NCBI GenBank assembly: GCA_948444845.1
Contig: CAOJVB010000003.1
Span: 12,723-76,722 of the forward strand
Length of the DNA stretch: 64,000 nt
From: an uncultured Clostridiaceae bacterium
Lineage (GTDB): Bacteria; Bacillota; Clostridia; TANB77; CAG-508
Direction of reading: 5' to 3'
Below the pieces are notes generated by a model. That model was not told the DNA's origin and made no database searches. It was given only the letters and a program-made list of their open reading frames with translations. A program made the translations under genes and the position numbers. This document shows, piece by piece, positions 53,226 through 63,590 of this stretch (positions within the stretch are counted from its first letter, which is position 1; each line of letters opens with the position of its first letter).

Positions 53226-56200
53226 ATGTACAAAAAATATAAAAAGATAGTAGCAAGCATGTTAGTTTTGATAATTATGCTAACTAACTTAAATGTTATT
53301 GGACTTCATATAGGAGAAGTAATAGCAGCAGATTTAAATAATCAAAATTCAAAAACAAAAAATCAAAATGTTGAGATGGATGTATACTTTTTAGAAAAAG
53401 AAGATAAAAAAGCATATGAAGCAACGAAAAACATTGGTGAAGAAAATAAAATAATTGCACAAATAATGGTAAAAAATTCAGGGTACTTAAAAAATGCTAA
53501 AATAAAATTTGAAGAATCAAATTTTAATATTTTAGAAACTATAAATTCTGAATTTATTTCTCATGTAAATACACAAAATAATGAAATAGAGCTAAAACAA
53601 ATAGATGCAGGGGAAAATATAAAAATAGAAATACCAATAGAATTTAAAAGCTCTGAAAACTATAATCCAAAACAATTCAACTTAGTAAATAAAATCAAAA
53701 TATCAGGAATATATGTTGACAACAAAGCTAATCAAAATGAGATAGAAAAAGAATTGTTTTTAAGTTTAAATTGGAATACCATATCAGAAGCATACTTACA
53801 AGCAAACGTAAGTAAATTTGTACCTTTTAACATAAATGGACAAAAAGGTTTAATAATGCAAACCATTATAACATCAGGAGTTAAAGAAAATAGTGCGCCA
53901 ATAAAAAACACAGAATTAAAAATAGAAATCCCAAACATAAATAACATTCCTCCAAAAGATATAAAAGTTAATGCAAATAATATGTCAGCAACAAGCGGGG
54001 AAGAAAATGCAATATCATTTAATGAAAATAACTATGTAATTAAAGATGGAATAATAACAATTAATACTCAAAATATTAAAGATGAAAACGAAAATATTTC
54101 ATGGAAAAAGCAAGGGCAAGATGAATATGTAATAACATACATATACCCAGAAGAAGCATTAAATGGAGAACAAGCAAGTTTAAATTTAAAAGTAAATTCA
54201 AATATTACTCTATATAATGCAAATGAAACTGTATTACAAGGAAACAGTGAAAATACTATAGATATACAAGGAAAAATAGGAAATGTAGTAGACTTTGAAG
54301 TAGAAATGACGGAAAATTTAAGTAAGGGTCAAATATATACAAATTATATATCACCTGATAAACAAGAACTAATATACAATGAAAAGATAGCAGCTAATAT
54401 AGGTTTATCAAGCTTAATAGATGAAATAGTAATTGAACAAAATGCAGATACATTCAAGTCAGAAAAAATGCAAGGAAGTACAACATATGCAAATCAAAAT
54501 TATGCATACTACAAAAACATAAATATATCAAAAGAAAACTTAAGGAAAATTCTAGGAGAAGAAGGATATATAAAAATATATTCAGGAAGTACTGAAATAG
54601 CAACAATAGATAAAAATATGCAAGTAAACGAAAATGGAATACTAGAATTAAATGTAAGTGAATTAGACATAAATAGTATAAAAATAAAAACAAGTAAACC
54701 ACAAATAGAGGGAAAACTTGAAATAAGCATTCAAAAAGCAATAAAAACAGATATAGGTTATAGTAAAGAACAAATATCAAACTTTGAAAAAATAAATGCA
54801 AGCCTAAAGATGGTAGCAAGTTTAAACGGAGAAATATTAGTAGAACAAAATGCCGAAGCAAATATAAACTTAGTAGAACCACAAACAAAAGTAGAACTTA
54901 TGTCAAATATAAAAGATTTATCTACAATAGTAAAAAATGAAAATATAGAATTAAGAGCTATATTAAATACAGCATCAAATTACAATAAATTATATACAAA
55001 TCCTAAAATAATATTAGAATTTCCATCATATGTAGAACAAATTGATATAAAAAACATTGAACTATTATATGAAGACGAACTAATAAAGGAAAAGGAAGAA
55101 TTAAAAGTAGCGCCAGATGGAACAAAAATATTAGAAATATCATTAAAAGGAACACAAACGAAATACTCTAAAGATGATATAACAGGAGGAACAAATATAC
55201 TTATAACAGCAGACATAACTACAAATAATTTAACACCAAGTAAAGAAGATACAATAGTAATGACTGTTATAAACGAAAACGAACAAACTAAGGTTAATAT
55301 GAATGTTAACTTTGTTGCACCAATAGGAATAGTAACAGTAAATAAAATATTAAACTATGCACAAGGAAAAGAAGTTACAGCATTAACATCAAATGAAGAA
55401 GTAACTTTAGAAGTACAAGAAGAATCAAGGAATGCAGTAGCTGAAATTCAAATAATTAACAATTATAGAAAACCTATAAAGAATGTAAAAATATTAGGAA
55501 GAACATTTACACAAGGTACAACTAATACAGAGAAAACAAGTGAAAACTTGAATAATACATTAAACATTCCAATGTTAAGTGCAATAAGATCAAATGGAGT
55601 AGAAAATGTAACTATATATTATAGTGAAAATGGTAATGCAGATAAAGACTTAAATAATCCTGCAAATGGATGGAAACAAGAAGTAACAGACTTTAGTAAC
55701 ATAAAATCATATTTAATAGAATTAAATAATAATGAAGATATGAATGTAGGAGAAAGTGTAAAATTTTCATATAATATGCAAGTACCAGAAGGCTTAAATT
55801 ATTCACAAATAGCAAGTTCACTATATACTGTATATTTTGATAATGAGCAAGAAGAACAAATATTAGAAGATAGAGCAACATCAAGAATAGTAACACTTTC
55901 TACAGGTGTAGCACCCGAATTAAAAGTAAAATTAACCTCATCAATGGCAGAAAACTCTATAGTAAGAGATGGGTCATATGTAAGATTTATAGCAGAAGTA
56001 GAAAACCAAGGAACAGTAGATGCAAAAAATACTAAATTAAATATAACAGCGCCAAGAGATGAGAATGAAATAGGAAGATATGTAACATTACATACAGAAT
56101 ATAAAGAAGAAGACTTCTTTAATGGATATGATGACTCAGAAGAACCACTAAAAACGATAAATATAGGAGAATTAAAAGCAGGTCAAAAAGTAAAAGTTGA

Positions 56201-58196
56201 ATTTGATATAAAAATACAAAGTGTAAAAATAAATTCTACTGAAAATTCAGAGTTACTAATACCAATGGTTGTAAAAGCTATTGCAGATGATATGCAAAAA
56301 GAAGTAAGTTCTAATGAATATATATTAAAAGCAGAAAAAGCAAATATAGCACTTATGGTAAAACATAGTATGACTACAGATTCAATATTAATTAAAGGTG
56401 ATGAGCTTACATATACTGCAAAAGTAGATCAAAAGAATAATCATAATTCACTAAAAAATGTAAGTATAAAAATGAAAATACCAAAAGGTTTAGAGATTGA
56501 AGAAGCAACAGTAGAAAACTTAGTAACATTAGAAGAGGAAATAGTAGCAGACATAAATATAAATAAAAATACTAATATTGTAGAATTCATAGTACAAGAA
56601 CTATATATAGGCTCAGAAATAAATTGTAATGTAAAAACGAAGATAGGAGATATAACAGGAGAAATATCACCAACAGTTACAGCAGTAGTAGACAAAGAAG
56701 AATATACTGGAAATATAATAAAAAATACAGTAAGCAAATTAAACTTTACAATTGTGCAAGCAAAATTAGATAATCCATATGTAAAAGAAGATGAAAAAAT
56801 TACTTTTGAATATACAGTAAAAAATACAAGTAATGTATACTCAAGTGACTTTACATTTGAAAATATAGTTCCAGAGGGAATGAAAATAGTAGACGTAGAA
56901 ACTATAATAGGTAGCGAAAGTGTAAAAATAAAAAATTATGACGAAGAAAAATTAGTTATAAATAAAACATTTAAAGAAGGACAAACAATTAAATTTAGAG
57001 TAACAATGCAAGCTAATTTATTACCAGAAGGCGAAAAACAAAAAGAAATAGAAAATTATGCAAGCATATATGCACAAGGCTTTGACAAAATAGAATCAAA
57101 CAAAGTAAAAGTAACAATAGAATACAATGAGGAAGCATATAGAGGAGAAGAAGATACCCCAGATGATCCAAATAACCCAAATAATCCAACAGATAATAAA
57201 AAGGTAATTTCAGGTTTAGCATGGCTTGACGCAAATGCAAATGGAGGAAGAGACGATGGTGAAATGCTACTTCCAGGAATAGAAGTAAGGTTATTAAATA
57301 AGAAAACAAACAAAGTTATAAAAACAGATGCAACATCATCAAATGGTGAATATATATTTAGTGGAATTGATGAAGGTGAATATTTAGTAGTATTTGTATA
57401 TGATACTGGATTATATAAATTAGCTGAATATAGGAAAAATAATGTAAGCCAAAGTACAAATTCAGACTTTATAAATGTAACTATGGATATAAACGGAAAA
57501 GAACAAACAGTTGCAGTTTCAGACACAATAAAAATAACAAACTCTAATGCAAGAAATATAGACATAGGTTTAATAGAGCTTGATAAATCTGATATGAAAC
57601 TTGATAAATATATATCATCAGTAACAGTTACTTATGGAAATACAGTAAAAACATATAGTTATAACAATTTAAAAGTAGCAAAGGTTGAAATTCCAGCAAA
57701 AGAACTTAAAAATGCAACAGTTATAGTAGACTACAAAATAGTAGTTACAAATGAAGGATCTATAGCGAACTATGTAAAAAAAGTAGTAGATTACACACCA
57801 AAAGATATGAAATTCAACTCAGAATTAAATAAAGATTGGTATGCAGCAAGCAATGGAGACTTATACAATTCAAGTTTGGCAAATACAAAAATAGAAGCAG
57901 GACAAAGTAAAGAACTAACCTTAACATTAACTAAAAAGATGACAGAAAATAATGTAGGAATAGTAAATAATAATGCAGAAATATATGAAGTATACAATGA
58001 AGAAGGGAAAAAAGATATAGATTCGATAGCAGGAAATAAAGTAAGTGGTGAAGACGACATGTCAGCAGCAGATCTTGTAATAAGTGTAAAAACAGGTGAT
58101 GCAATTATATACACACTAATTATTTCAAGTATAATATGTACAATTGCAGCAGTAAGTATTTACTATATAAGAAAAATAGTATTAAGAAGAATGTAG
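53226..58196 (+). CDS. large cell-surface protein (1656 aa): signal peptide, DUF11-like repeats, SdrD-B-like domain, C-terminal TM plus basic tail
   Basis: SD TAGGAGG. Signal-like MYKKYKKIVASMLVLIIMLTNLNVIG. DUF11-type blocks (VRFIAEVENQGTVDAKNTKLNITAP, ITFEYTVKNTSNVYSSDFTFENIVPEGM). SdrD-B-like GLAWLDANANGGRDDGE..GIEVRLL..SNGEYIFSGIDEGEYLVVF. Ends ..SVKTGDAIIYTLIISSIICTIAAVSIYYIRKIVLRRM. Confidence 0.85.
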   Translation: MYKKYKKIVASMLVLIIMLTNLNVIGLHIGEVIAADLNNQNSKTKNQNVEMDVYFLEKEDKKAYEATKNIGEENKIIAQIMVKNSGYLKNAKIKFEESNFNILETINSEFISHVNTQNNEIELKQIDAGENIKIEIPIEFKSSENYNPKQFNLVNKIKISGIYVDNKANQNEIEKELFLSLNWNTISEAYLQANVSKFVPFNINGQKGLIMQTIITSGVKENSAPIKNTELKIEIPNINNIPPKDIKVNANNMSATSGEENAISFNENNYVIKDGIITINTQNIKDENENISWKKQGQDEYVITYIYPEEALNGEQASLNLKVNSNITLYNANETVLQGNSENTIDIQGKIGNVVDFEVEMTENLSKGQIYTNYISPDKQELIYNEKIAANIGLSSLIDEIVIEQNADTFKSEKMQGSTTYANQNYAYYKNINISKENLRKILGEEGYIKIYSGSTEIATIDKNMQVNENGILELNVSELDINSIKIKTSKPQIEGKLEISIQKAIKTDIGYSKEQISNFEKINASLKMVASLNGEILVEQNAEANINLVEPQTKVELMSNIKDLSTIVKNENIELRAILNTASNYNKLYTNPKIILEFPSYVEQIDIKNIELLYEDELIKEKEELKVAPDGTKILEISLKGTQTKYSKDDITGGTNILITADITTNNLTPSKEDTIVMTVINENEQTKVNMNVNFVAPIGIVTVNKILNYAQGKEVTALTSNEEVTLEVQEESRNAVAEIQIINNYRKPIKNVKILGRTFTQGTTNTEKTSENLNNTLNIPMLSAIRSNGVENVTIYYSENGNADKDLNNPANGWKQEVTDFSNIKSYLIELNNNEDMNVGESVKFSYNMQVPEGLNYSQIASSLYTVYFDNEQEEQILEDRATSRIVTLSTGVAPELKVKLTSSMAENSIVRDGSYVRFIAEVENQGTVDAKNTKLNITAPRDENEIGRYVTLHTEYKEEDFFNGYDDSEEPLKTINIGELKAGQKVKVEFDIKIQSVKINSTENSELLIPMVVKAIADDMQKEVSSNEYILKAEKANIALMVKHSMTTDSILIKGDELTYTAKVDQKNNHNSLKNVSIKMKIPKGLEIEEATVENLVTLEEEIVADININKNTNIVEFIVQELYIGSEINCNVKTKIGDITGEISPTVTAVVDKEEYTGNIIKNTVSKLNFTIVQAKLDNPYVKEDEKITFEYTVKNTSNVYSSDFTFENIVPEGMKIVDVETIIGSESVKIKNYDEEKLVINKTFKEGQTIKFRVTMQANLLPEGEKQKEIENYASIYAQGFDKIESNKVKVTIEYNEEAYRGEEDTPDDPNNPNNPTDNKKVISGLAWLDANANGGRDDGEMLLPGIEVRLLNKKTNKVIKTDATSSNGEYIFSGIDEGEYLVVFVYDTGLYKLAEYRKNNVSQSTNSDFINVTMDINGKEQTVAVSDTIKITNSNARNIDIGLIELDKSDMKLDKYISSVTVTYGNTVKTYSYNNLKVAKVEIPAKELKNATVIVDYKIVVTNEGSIANYVKKVVDYTPKDMKFNSELNKDWYAASNGDLYNSSLANTKIEAGQSKELTLTLTKKMTENNVGIVNNNAEIYEVYNEEGKKDIDSIAGNKVSGEDDMSAADLVISVKTGDAIIYTLIISSIICTIAAVSIYYIRKIVLRRM

Positions 58197-58214
58197 AAAG
58201 GAAGGTATATTAAT

Positions 58215-61200
58215 ATGAAAGAAAAAATAAGAAAAATAATTAATTTAATAATTCTTACAATGTTAGCAATAATAGTATTTGTACTTGCAAAAAATATACC
58301 TTTTATTCTAACAGGTAAAAAACAAAATGAAGAAATAGATACTATAAAAACAATACAAAAAGTAGGAAATGAAAAAATACAAGCCTTAGATGGTGGACCA
58401 ACAGGTGCACTATTTGAACTACACGAAGGTAATGTGGTAAAAGATGGAGATCATTGGAGAGTTATAGGTGACGGAATACCAACACCACTATATTGTGCTC
58501 AAAAAGGATCATCTTTAAATGGTCATGGAAAGTCATATAAAGAAATTTCAGATTATGCAAAATCAAAAAATGGTGCAACAACTGGCTGGGTTACAGGAAA
58601 TACACATATAGGAGTATTTGAATATACATCAAGGGCATATTATTTCGATGATGGTACAAGAGCAGCTAGTGATTATGAAGCATATGTAGTAACATTTCCA
58701 GATCCAGAATGGGACAGTTGGTCAGCAATAAAACAAGAGGCAATTTGGGATACAGTAACTTTATCAAACAACAAAAAAGTTCCTAAGCCAACAAGTAGTG
58801 GAATAGTAGCAGAAGCACTAGGACAACAGGCAGCAGCTTATACTGACTTTATAACAAAAGTAAAAGCTAATAATGGGACTATGAAAAAAGAAGACAAAAC
58901 TACTAAAGAAAATGTAAGAGTTAACTATAACAATGAGACAAAAGAATATGTAGCTGGACCATTTAAAATAGATTATATACCTGGAGACTATGGCTTAGTG
59001 ATGGGTGGAATAAAAGACATGTATATAATTGGCGAAAAAACACCAAGGATAGAAATAAAATCTTTTATAATAGCGGGACAAGAAATTAAACCTAACTATT
59101 TTAAGCCAATGGATGACAAACACTTAGTAGGTATAGATGAACAAAGATATCCAAAGCCAAACGAGGAGTTTTGGGTAAAATTCGATGAAAAGCCAGATGA
59201 AGATATAGAGAAAATACATATAGATTTCGAATGGGTGGAAGCAGAAGCAACACTATCATACTATAAAGCAAAAAAATATAAAAATACATATAAAGAAACT
59301 GACGAAGATAAAACAGAAAATGAAAAGACTGGTACAAAAGACAAACTTGATGAAAACGGAAACGTAATAGGTACAGAGGATGTATATGAAGATGTTAAGT
59401 ACTATAAATGTACAATATCTGATTCAAAAGTAGTAGCGGTAGATGCTGGTTTTCAAAGATTATTGGCAACAAAAGGAACAAGAAGCTTAAAGCAAGATAT
59501 GATGGAAATAGAAATACCAAATCCAGAAGAACCACCAACAACTCCACCACCACCAGACTTACCACCACCACCTAAAAAACTACAAATAAAATTAGCAGGT
59601 TATGTATGGGAAGATGAGAAATCAAGTAAAGAGTCAAAGGTTAATGGTGTTAAAGATGGAGAAGAAAGTTTTAAAAGAGGAGTAGAAGTAATATTACACT
59701 ACGAAGATGGCTCAATAGTTACTAAAGATGCTAATAGGAAACAATTAGTAAATCCATATGTAACAGGTGATGATGGATATTATGAATTTACTCACTTAGA
59801 CTCTAAAAAGAAATACTATATAGAATTTGTATATGATGGGCAAATATATCAAGCAACCCAATATACAGGAGCAAGACTTCCACTAAGTAACAGTGATGTA
59901 AACTCAAATGCTATTGAAAATGCTAGTCAAAGAATTGATTTTAATAATAATTTTGAACATATTAATTCAGCACCTCAAAGTTACAATATAAGAAGAAGTT
60001 TATATATGAGCGGGACAAATATAGTATATATTGTAAGTAAATATAGCAGTGATTATTGCAATACAAACCATAATCATAGTACAGATGAAGAAAGGGCAGG
60101 ATGTTCAACTCCTTATGGAATAAAAGAAATATATGATTATGTAGTAGATAAAGCTATAGAGTTAAATAGTTATTCTTCAGCATATAGTAGTGCATTAGGA
60201 GCATTTGGAGACAGCGATAATACAAGAAGTAAATTACAATTTATAGAAGATTGTAGAATATCTTCATCTACAAATGAAAATCCTGGGGGAATATATCCAA
60301 TATATGATAAATTCGTAATAGGAACTAAAGATAAAACTATAGGCGGAATAAAATATAAAGCATTATATCCAGAACACTTAAATATAGACTTTGGTTTAAC
60401 AAAAAGAGAAACATTCGACTTAGCATTAAGAAAAGACGTACAAAAAGCAACAATCGAAATGAATGGTAAGTCACATATATACACATATGATACATTAGAT
60501 AAATTCCATTGTAACGATTGTGGACATGAAGGAAAGAATGAAGAATTATTAAATAACTTACAATGTCCAAAATGTAATAGTGAAAATATAAGGGAACTAT
60601 GGGATATTGATATAAGGCTTTCAGATATAGGCGTTAATAATAAGAAATATTATGATACTAACTACTCAAGAGAGATATTTGCATCAGATTATCAATATAA
60701 AGTATCTGATTATAAAGACCAAGATGGCAATAACATAAGTAACCAATATGGAAAAACAAAGTCAGATGAATTAAATGTATATGTAACATATAAATTAACA
60801 GTTCATAACCAATCACAAAGTGTACTAGGAGAAGTAATGGAAATAGTAGATTACTTTGACGAAGACTATGAATATATAGACGAACGTTCATACATTCAAA
60901 TAAGATATGGTGTAGATGCTAATAGTTCAGAACATAATGACGAGCACTTAGCAGCAGTAGGAACTAATATGCCAGTGGGAGTAAATTATACAAGTAGATA
61001 TCCAGATAGTACTACAGATATACAAGGATACAAAAAACTATATATAACTGGACTAGAAAATAAGAAACTTTCATCAGGTCAAACAGCGTATATTTATCTA
61101 ACGTTTAGAGTAACAAAAGAGAAAATAAACAATGAAGATTGGATTAAGTTAGATGAAAATATACAAACTACAAATCCAATAGGGGTAGGTAAAGAGAATA

Positions 61201-63473
61201 TTGTAGAAATAAATGGATATAAAACATATTACAAAAGTGGAACAGAAATACCAAATGTAGGAACAGTTTCAGGATATAGTAAAGTGGCAGGACTACTTGA
61301 CATAGACTCAATACCAGGAAACTTAAATCCAAATGATGTACCAAAAGATGGAAATATTAACTATGAAAATTTTGAAGACGATACAGACAAAGCACCAAAT
61401 ATTAGGCTAGTATTATATAGGGAAAAAGGTCCAAATGGAGAAGAGATAATAACATTTAGAAGTACAGACGGAATTATATGGGAAGACTTAAGAGATGAAA
61501 AAAATGATGACCAAAAGACAACAGTAGGAAATGGAATATTTGAGCCAGATAAAAATGAACCACAAATAAATGGTGTAACTGTGCAACTAGTAGAGCTTAT
61601 GGATAATGGAAAAGAATATATATGGAAAACATTTTCATCAGGAGTAGGAAGTTATTCACCAGTAATAAGAACAATAGGAAATGATAAATATGGAAAGGTA
61701 GAAATACCAACACAACAGGATGATACAAGAGGAAAATATATATTCAACTCATATATTCCAGGAAACTATATTGTTAGATTTATATATGGAGATACAGTAC
61801 AAACCGTATTACCAAATACTTCTACAAATATAACAGAAGCATTTGGAAGCAAAGGTCAGAATTCTAAATCATACAATGGTCAAGACTATAAGTCAACAAC
61901 ATATCAAGAAGGAATAAACCAAAACCTTGTATCAGAGAATAGAAAACAAAGCGTATGGAAAAATGAAAATGGTAACCTTAAATACGTTTGGAGAGAAAAC
62001 TCAAGTTGGAAGGATGGTAAAGAAACATTAGGAAAAGAAAAGACTAAAATATCTACATTTAAGTCAGATGCTTCAAACAATGAAACTGTAAAAGTATTAC
62101 CAGATGGAACAAAGGTACCAGAAAAGGATCAAAATGGATACATTTACGATATAACAGCTTCAGAGGCTAAGCAAAATGTATCAGATGCAAAAGACATAAT
62201 GAGAGATGACAACGAAAATACACAAAATGGAAGGCAAAGTAAAACATTAAATAGTAGAGAAGATGTAATAGGATATTCAAATAGCGATGTTAAAAACTTC
62301 ATTGCAGAAGTGCTAGCATCACATGAAAAAATGCCATTGAATGACAATGACTTAAGTGCTAAACTAAATGAATTAATGGCAAAGACTCAAATGACAGCAG
62401 AAACAGGTATGATGGTAATAGAATTTGAATGTGATAAACAAGAAACAGAGGGTCAAACAGAAAAAAATAATACTTCATACAAAATTACTAATGTAAACTT
62501 AGGATTAGAAGAAAGACCAAAAGCACAGCTTGCAGTAAATAAAAAAGTAACAAATATTAAATTAACATTAGCCGATGGTTCAACATTATTTGATGCAACT
62601 CAAAAAGCAGATAACCTATTATGGATAAAACGAGAAGACAGAGAAACTAACTATAAATATGGTGACTATAAGCTAGAGGGTGACCCAATGCAATATATAA
62701 GAAATAAAGGAAAACAACAACAATTTGGTTTTGCACAATTAACAATGGATGAAGAATTAATGCATGGAGCAACAATAAAAATTTCGTATGAAATAAAAGT
62801 AACTAATATAGGTGAAGTAGACTACAAAGATAACTTATTCTACTATACAGGAAATGTAAGTAATAAAGAAGATACAGTAGTAAAAACACAAGCAAATAAA
62901 TTGATAGATTATGTAGCAAATAACTTACAATTCTACTCAGTAGATAACCCAGCATGGGAAATAATTGAAAAAGATACATTATTTGCAGGAAGCGAAAATA
63001 ACTTCAATTCAAGTGAAACTCTAGTACATAATAACTTAAGGGGTGAAGCAAATAAATACAATACAATTATACAAACAAGTTCAAACTCTAAAATTGCACA
63101 AACCGAACTAATACCAACGATATATTATGATACAGATAATGATAGAGAAAATAATAGTATGGTAGCTGATGAACTAGTATTAACACAATTAATTACTTCA
63201 GAAAACAAATCAGACGATTTAAAATACAGAAATATTACAGAAATAGTAGTTACAAGTAATGATGTAGGAAGAAGAAATGCATATTCAGTAGTAGGAAATC
63301 AAAACCCAGGAGAAGAACCACAAGAAATAGATACTGACAGAGCAGATATAGTTCAAATATTACCACCATATGGTAGAACAGGAACAAACTACATAATAGC
63401 AATAACAGTAATAGTATCAAGTATTATACTAATAGCAGGAATAATATTTATCAAGAAAAAAGTACTAAAATAG
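58215..63473 (+). CDS. large cell-surface protein (1752 aa): TM/signal anchor, possible thioester (TQXA-like) domain, Pro-rich linker, SdrD-B-like domains, DUF11-like C-terminal region, TM plus basic tail
   Basis: Starts 18 nt after the previous stop, with SD GAAAGGAAGG. Contains YCAQ (Cys at 58494-58496) and KQEAIW (Gln at 58734-58736), PEEPPTTPPPPDLPPPPKK, GYVWEDE..GVEVILH..DDGYYEFTHL and TDGIIWEDL..GVTVQLVE..GKYIFNSYIPGNYIVRF. Confidence 0.85.
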   Translation: MKEKIRKIINLIILTMLAIIVFVLAKNIPFILTGKKQNEEIDTIKTIQKVGNEKIQALDGGPTGALFELHEGNVVKDGDHWRVIGDGIPTPLYCAQKGSSLNGHGKSYKEISDYAKSKNGATTGWVTGNTHIGVFEYTSRAYYFDDGTRAASDYEAYVVTFPDPEWDSWSAIKQEAIWDTVTLSNNKKVPKPTSSGIVAEALGQQAAAYTDFITKVKANNGTMKKEDKTTKENVRVNYNNETKEYVAGPFKIDYIPGDYGLVMGGIKDMYIIGEKTPRIEIKSFIIAGQEIKPNYFKPMDDKHLVGIDEQRYPKPNEEFWVKFDEKPDEDIEKIHIDFEWVEAEATLSYYKAKKYKNTYKETDEDKTENEKTGTKDKLDENGNVIGTEDVYEDVKYYKCTISDSKVVAVDAGFQRLLATKGTRSLKQDMMEIEIPNPEEPPTTPPPPDLPPPPKKLQIKLAGYVWEDEKSSKESKVNGVKDGEESFKRGVEVILHYEDGSIVTKDANRKQLVNPYVTGDDGYYEFTHLDSKKKYYIEFVYDGQIYQATQYTGARLPLSNSDVNSNAIENASQRIDFNNNFEHINSAPQSYNIRRSLYMSGTNIVYIVSKYSSDYCNTNHNHSTDEERAGCSTPYGIKEIYDYVVDKAIELNSYSSAYSSALGAFGDSDNTRSKLQFIEDCRISSSTNENPGGIYPIYDKFVIGTKDKTIGGIKYKALYPEHLNIDFGLTKRETFDLALRKDVQKATIEMNGKSHIYTYDTLDKFHCNDCGHEGKNEELLNNLQCPKCNSENIRELWDIDIRLSDIGVNNKKYYDTNYSREIFASDYQYKVSDYKDQDGNNISNQYGKTKSDELNVYVTYKLTVHNQSQSVLGEVMEIVDYFDEDYEYIDERSYIQIRYGVDANSSEHNDEHLAAVGTNMPVGVNYTSRYPDSTTDIQGYKKLYITGLENKKLSSGQTAYIYLTFRVTKEKINNEDWIKLDENIQTTNPIGVGKENIVEINGYKTYYKSGTEIPNVGTVSGYSKVAGLLDIDSIPGNLNPNDVPKDGNINYENFEDDTDKAPNIRLVLYREKGPNGEEIITFRSTDGIIWEDLRDEKNDDQKTTVGNGIFEPDKNEPQINGVTVQLVELMDNGKEYIWKTFSSGVGSYSPVIRTIGNDKYGKVEIPTQQDDTRGKYIFNSYIPGNYIVRFIYGDTVQTVLPNTSTNITEAFGSKGQNSKSYNGQDYKSTTYQEGINQNLVSENRKQSVWKNENGNLKYVWRENSSWKDGKETLGKEKTKISTFKSDASNNETVKVLPDGTKVPEKDQNGYIYDITASEAKQNVSDAKDIMRDDNENTQNGRQSKTLNSREDVIGYSNSDVKNFIAEVLASHEKMPLNDNDLSAKLNELMAKTQMTAETGMMVIEFECDKQETEGQTEKNNTSYKITNVNLGLEERPKAQLAVNKKVTNIKLTLADGSTLFDATQKADNLLWIKREDRETNYKYGDYKLEGDPMQYIRNKGKQQQFGFAQLTMDEELMHGATIKISYEIKVTNIGEVDYKDNLFYYTGNVSNKEDTVVKTQANKLIDYVANNLQFYSVDNPAWEIIEKDTLFAGSENNFNSSETLVHNNLRGEANKYNTIIQTSSNSKIAQTELIPTIYYDTDNDRENNSMVADELVLTQLITSENKSDDLKYRNITEIVVTSNDVGRRNAYSVVGNQNPGEEPQEIDTDRADIVQILPPYGRTGTNYIIAITVIVSSIILIAGIIFIKKKVLK
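58494..58736 (+). other. candidate Cys...Gln thioester pair of a TED/TQXA-like domain
   Basis: PLYCAQKG (Cys94) and SAIKQEAIWD (Gln174) resemble the [YF]C and TQxA[IV]W motifs of Gram-positive thioester domains. The Cys-Gln spacing is shorter than I remember for typical members. Confidence 0.35.
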
Positions 63474-63485
63474 AATATTCAAAAT

Positions 63486-63522
63486 AAAAAATTGCAAACC
63501 TTAAACAGTTTGCAATTTTTTA
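63486..63522 (+). terminator. intrinsic terminator after the 1752-aa surface protein gene
   Basis: AAAAA-ATTGCAAAC-cttaaaca-GTTTGCAAT-TTTTT. Confidence 0.85.
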
Positions 63523-63590
63523 TATTTTATATAATATAAAAAGTAATAAAAACAAATAAACAGCATAAATTAAAAAAGGTGATATAAGTG

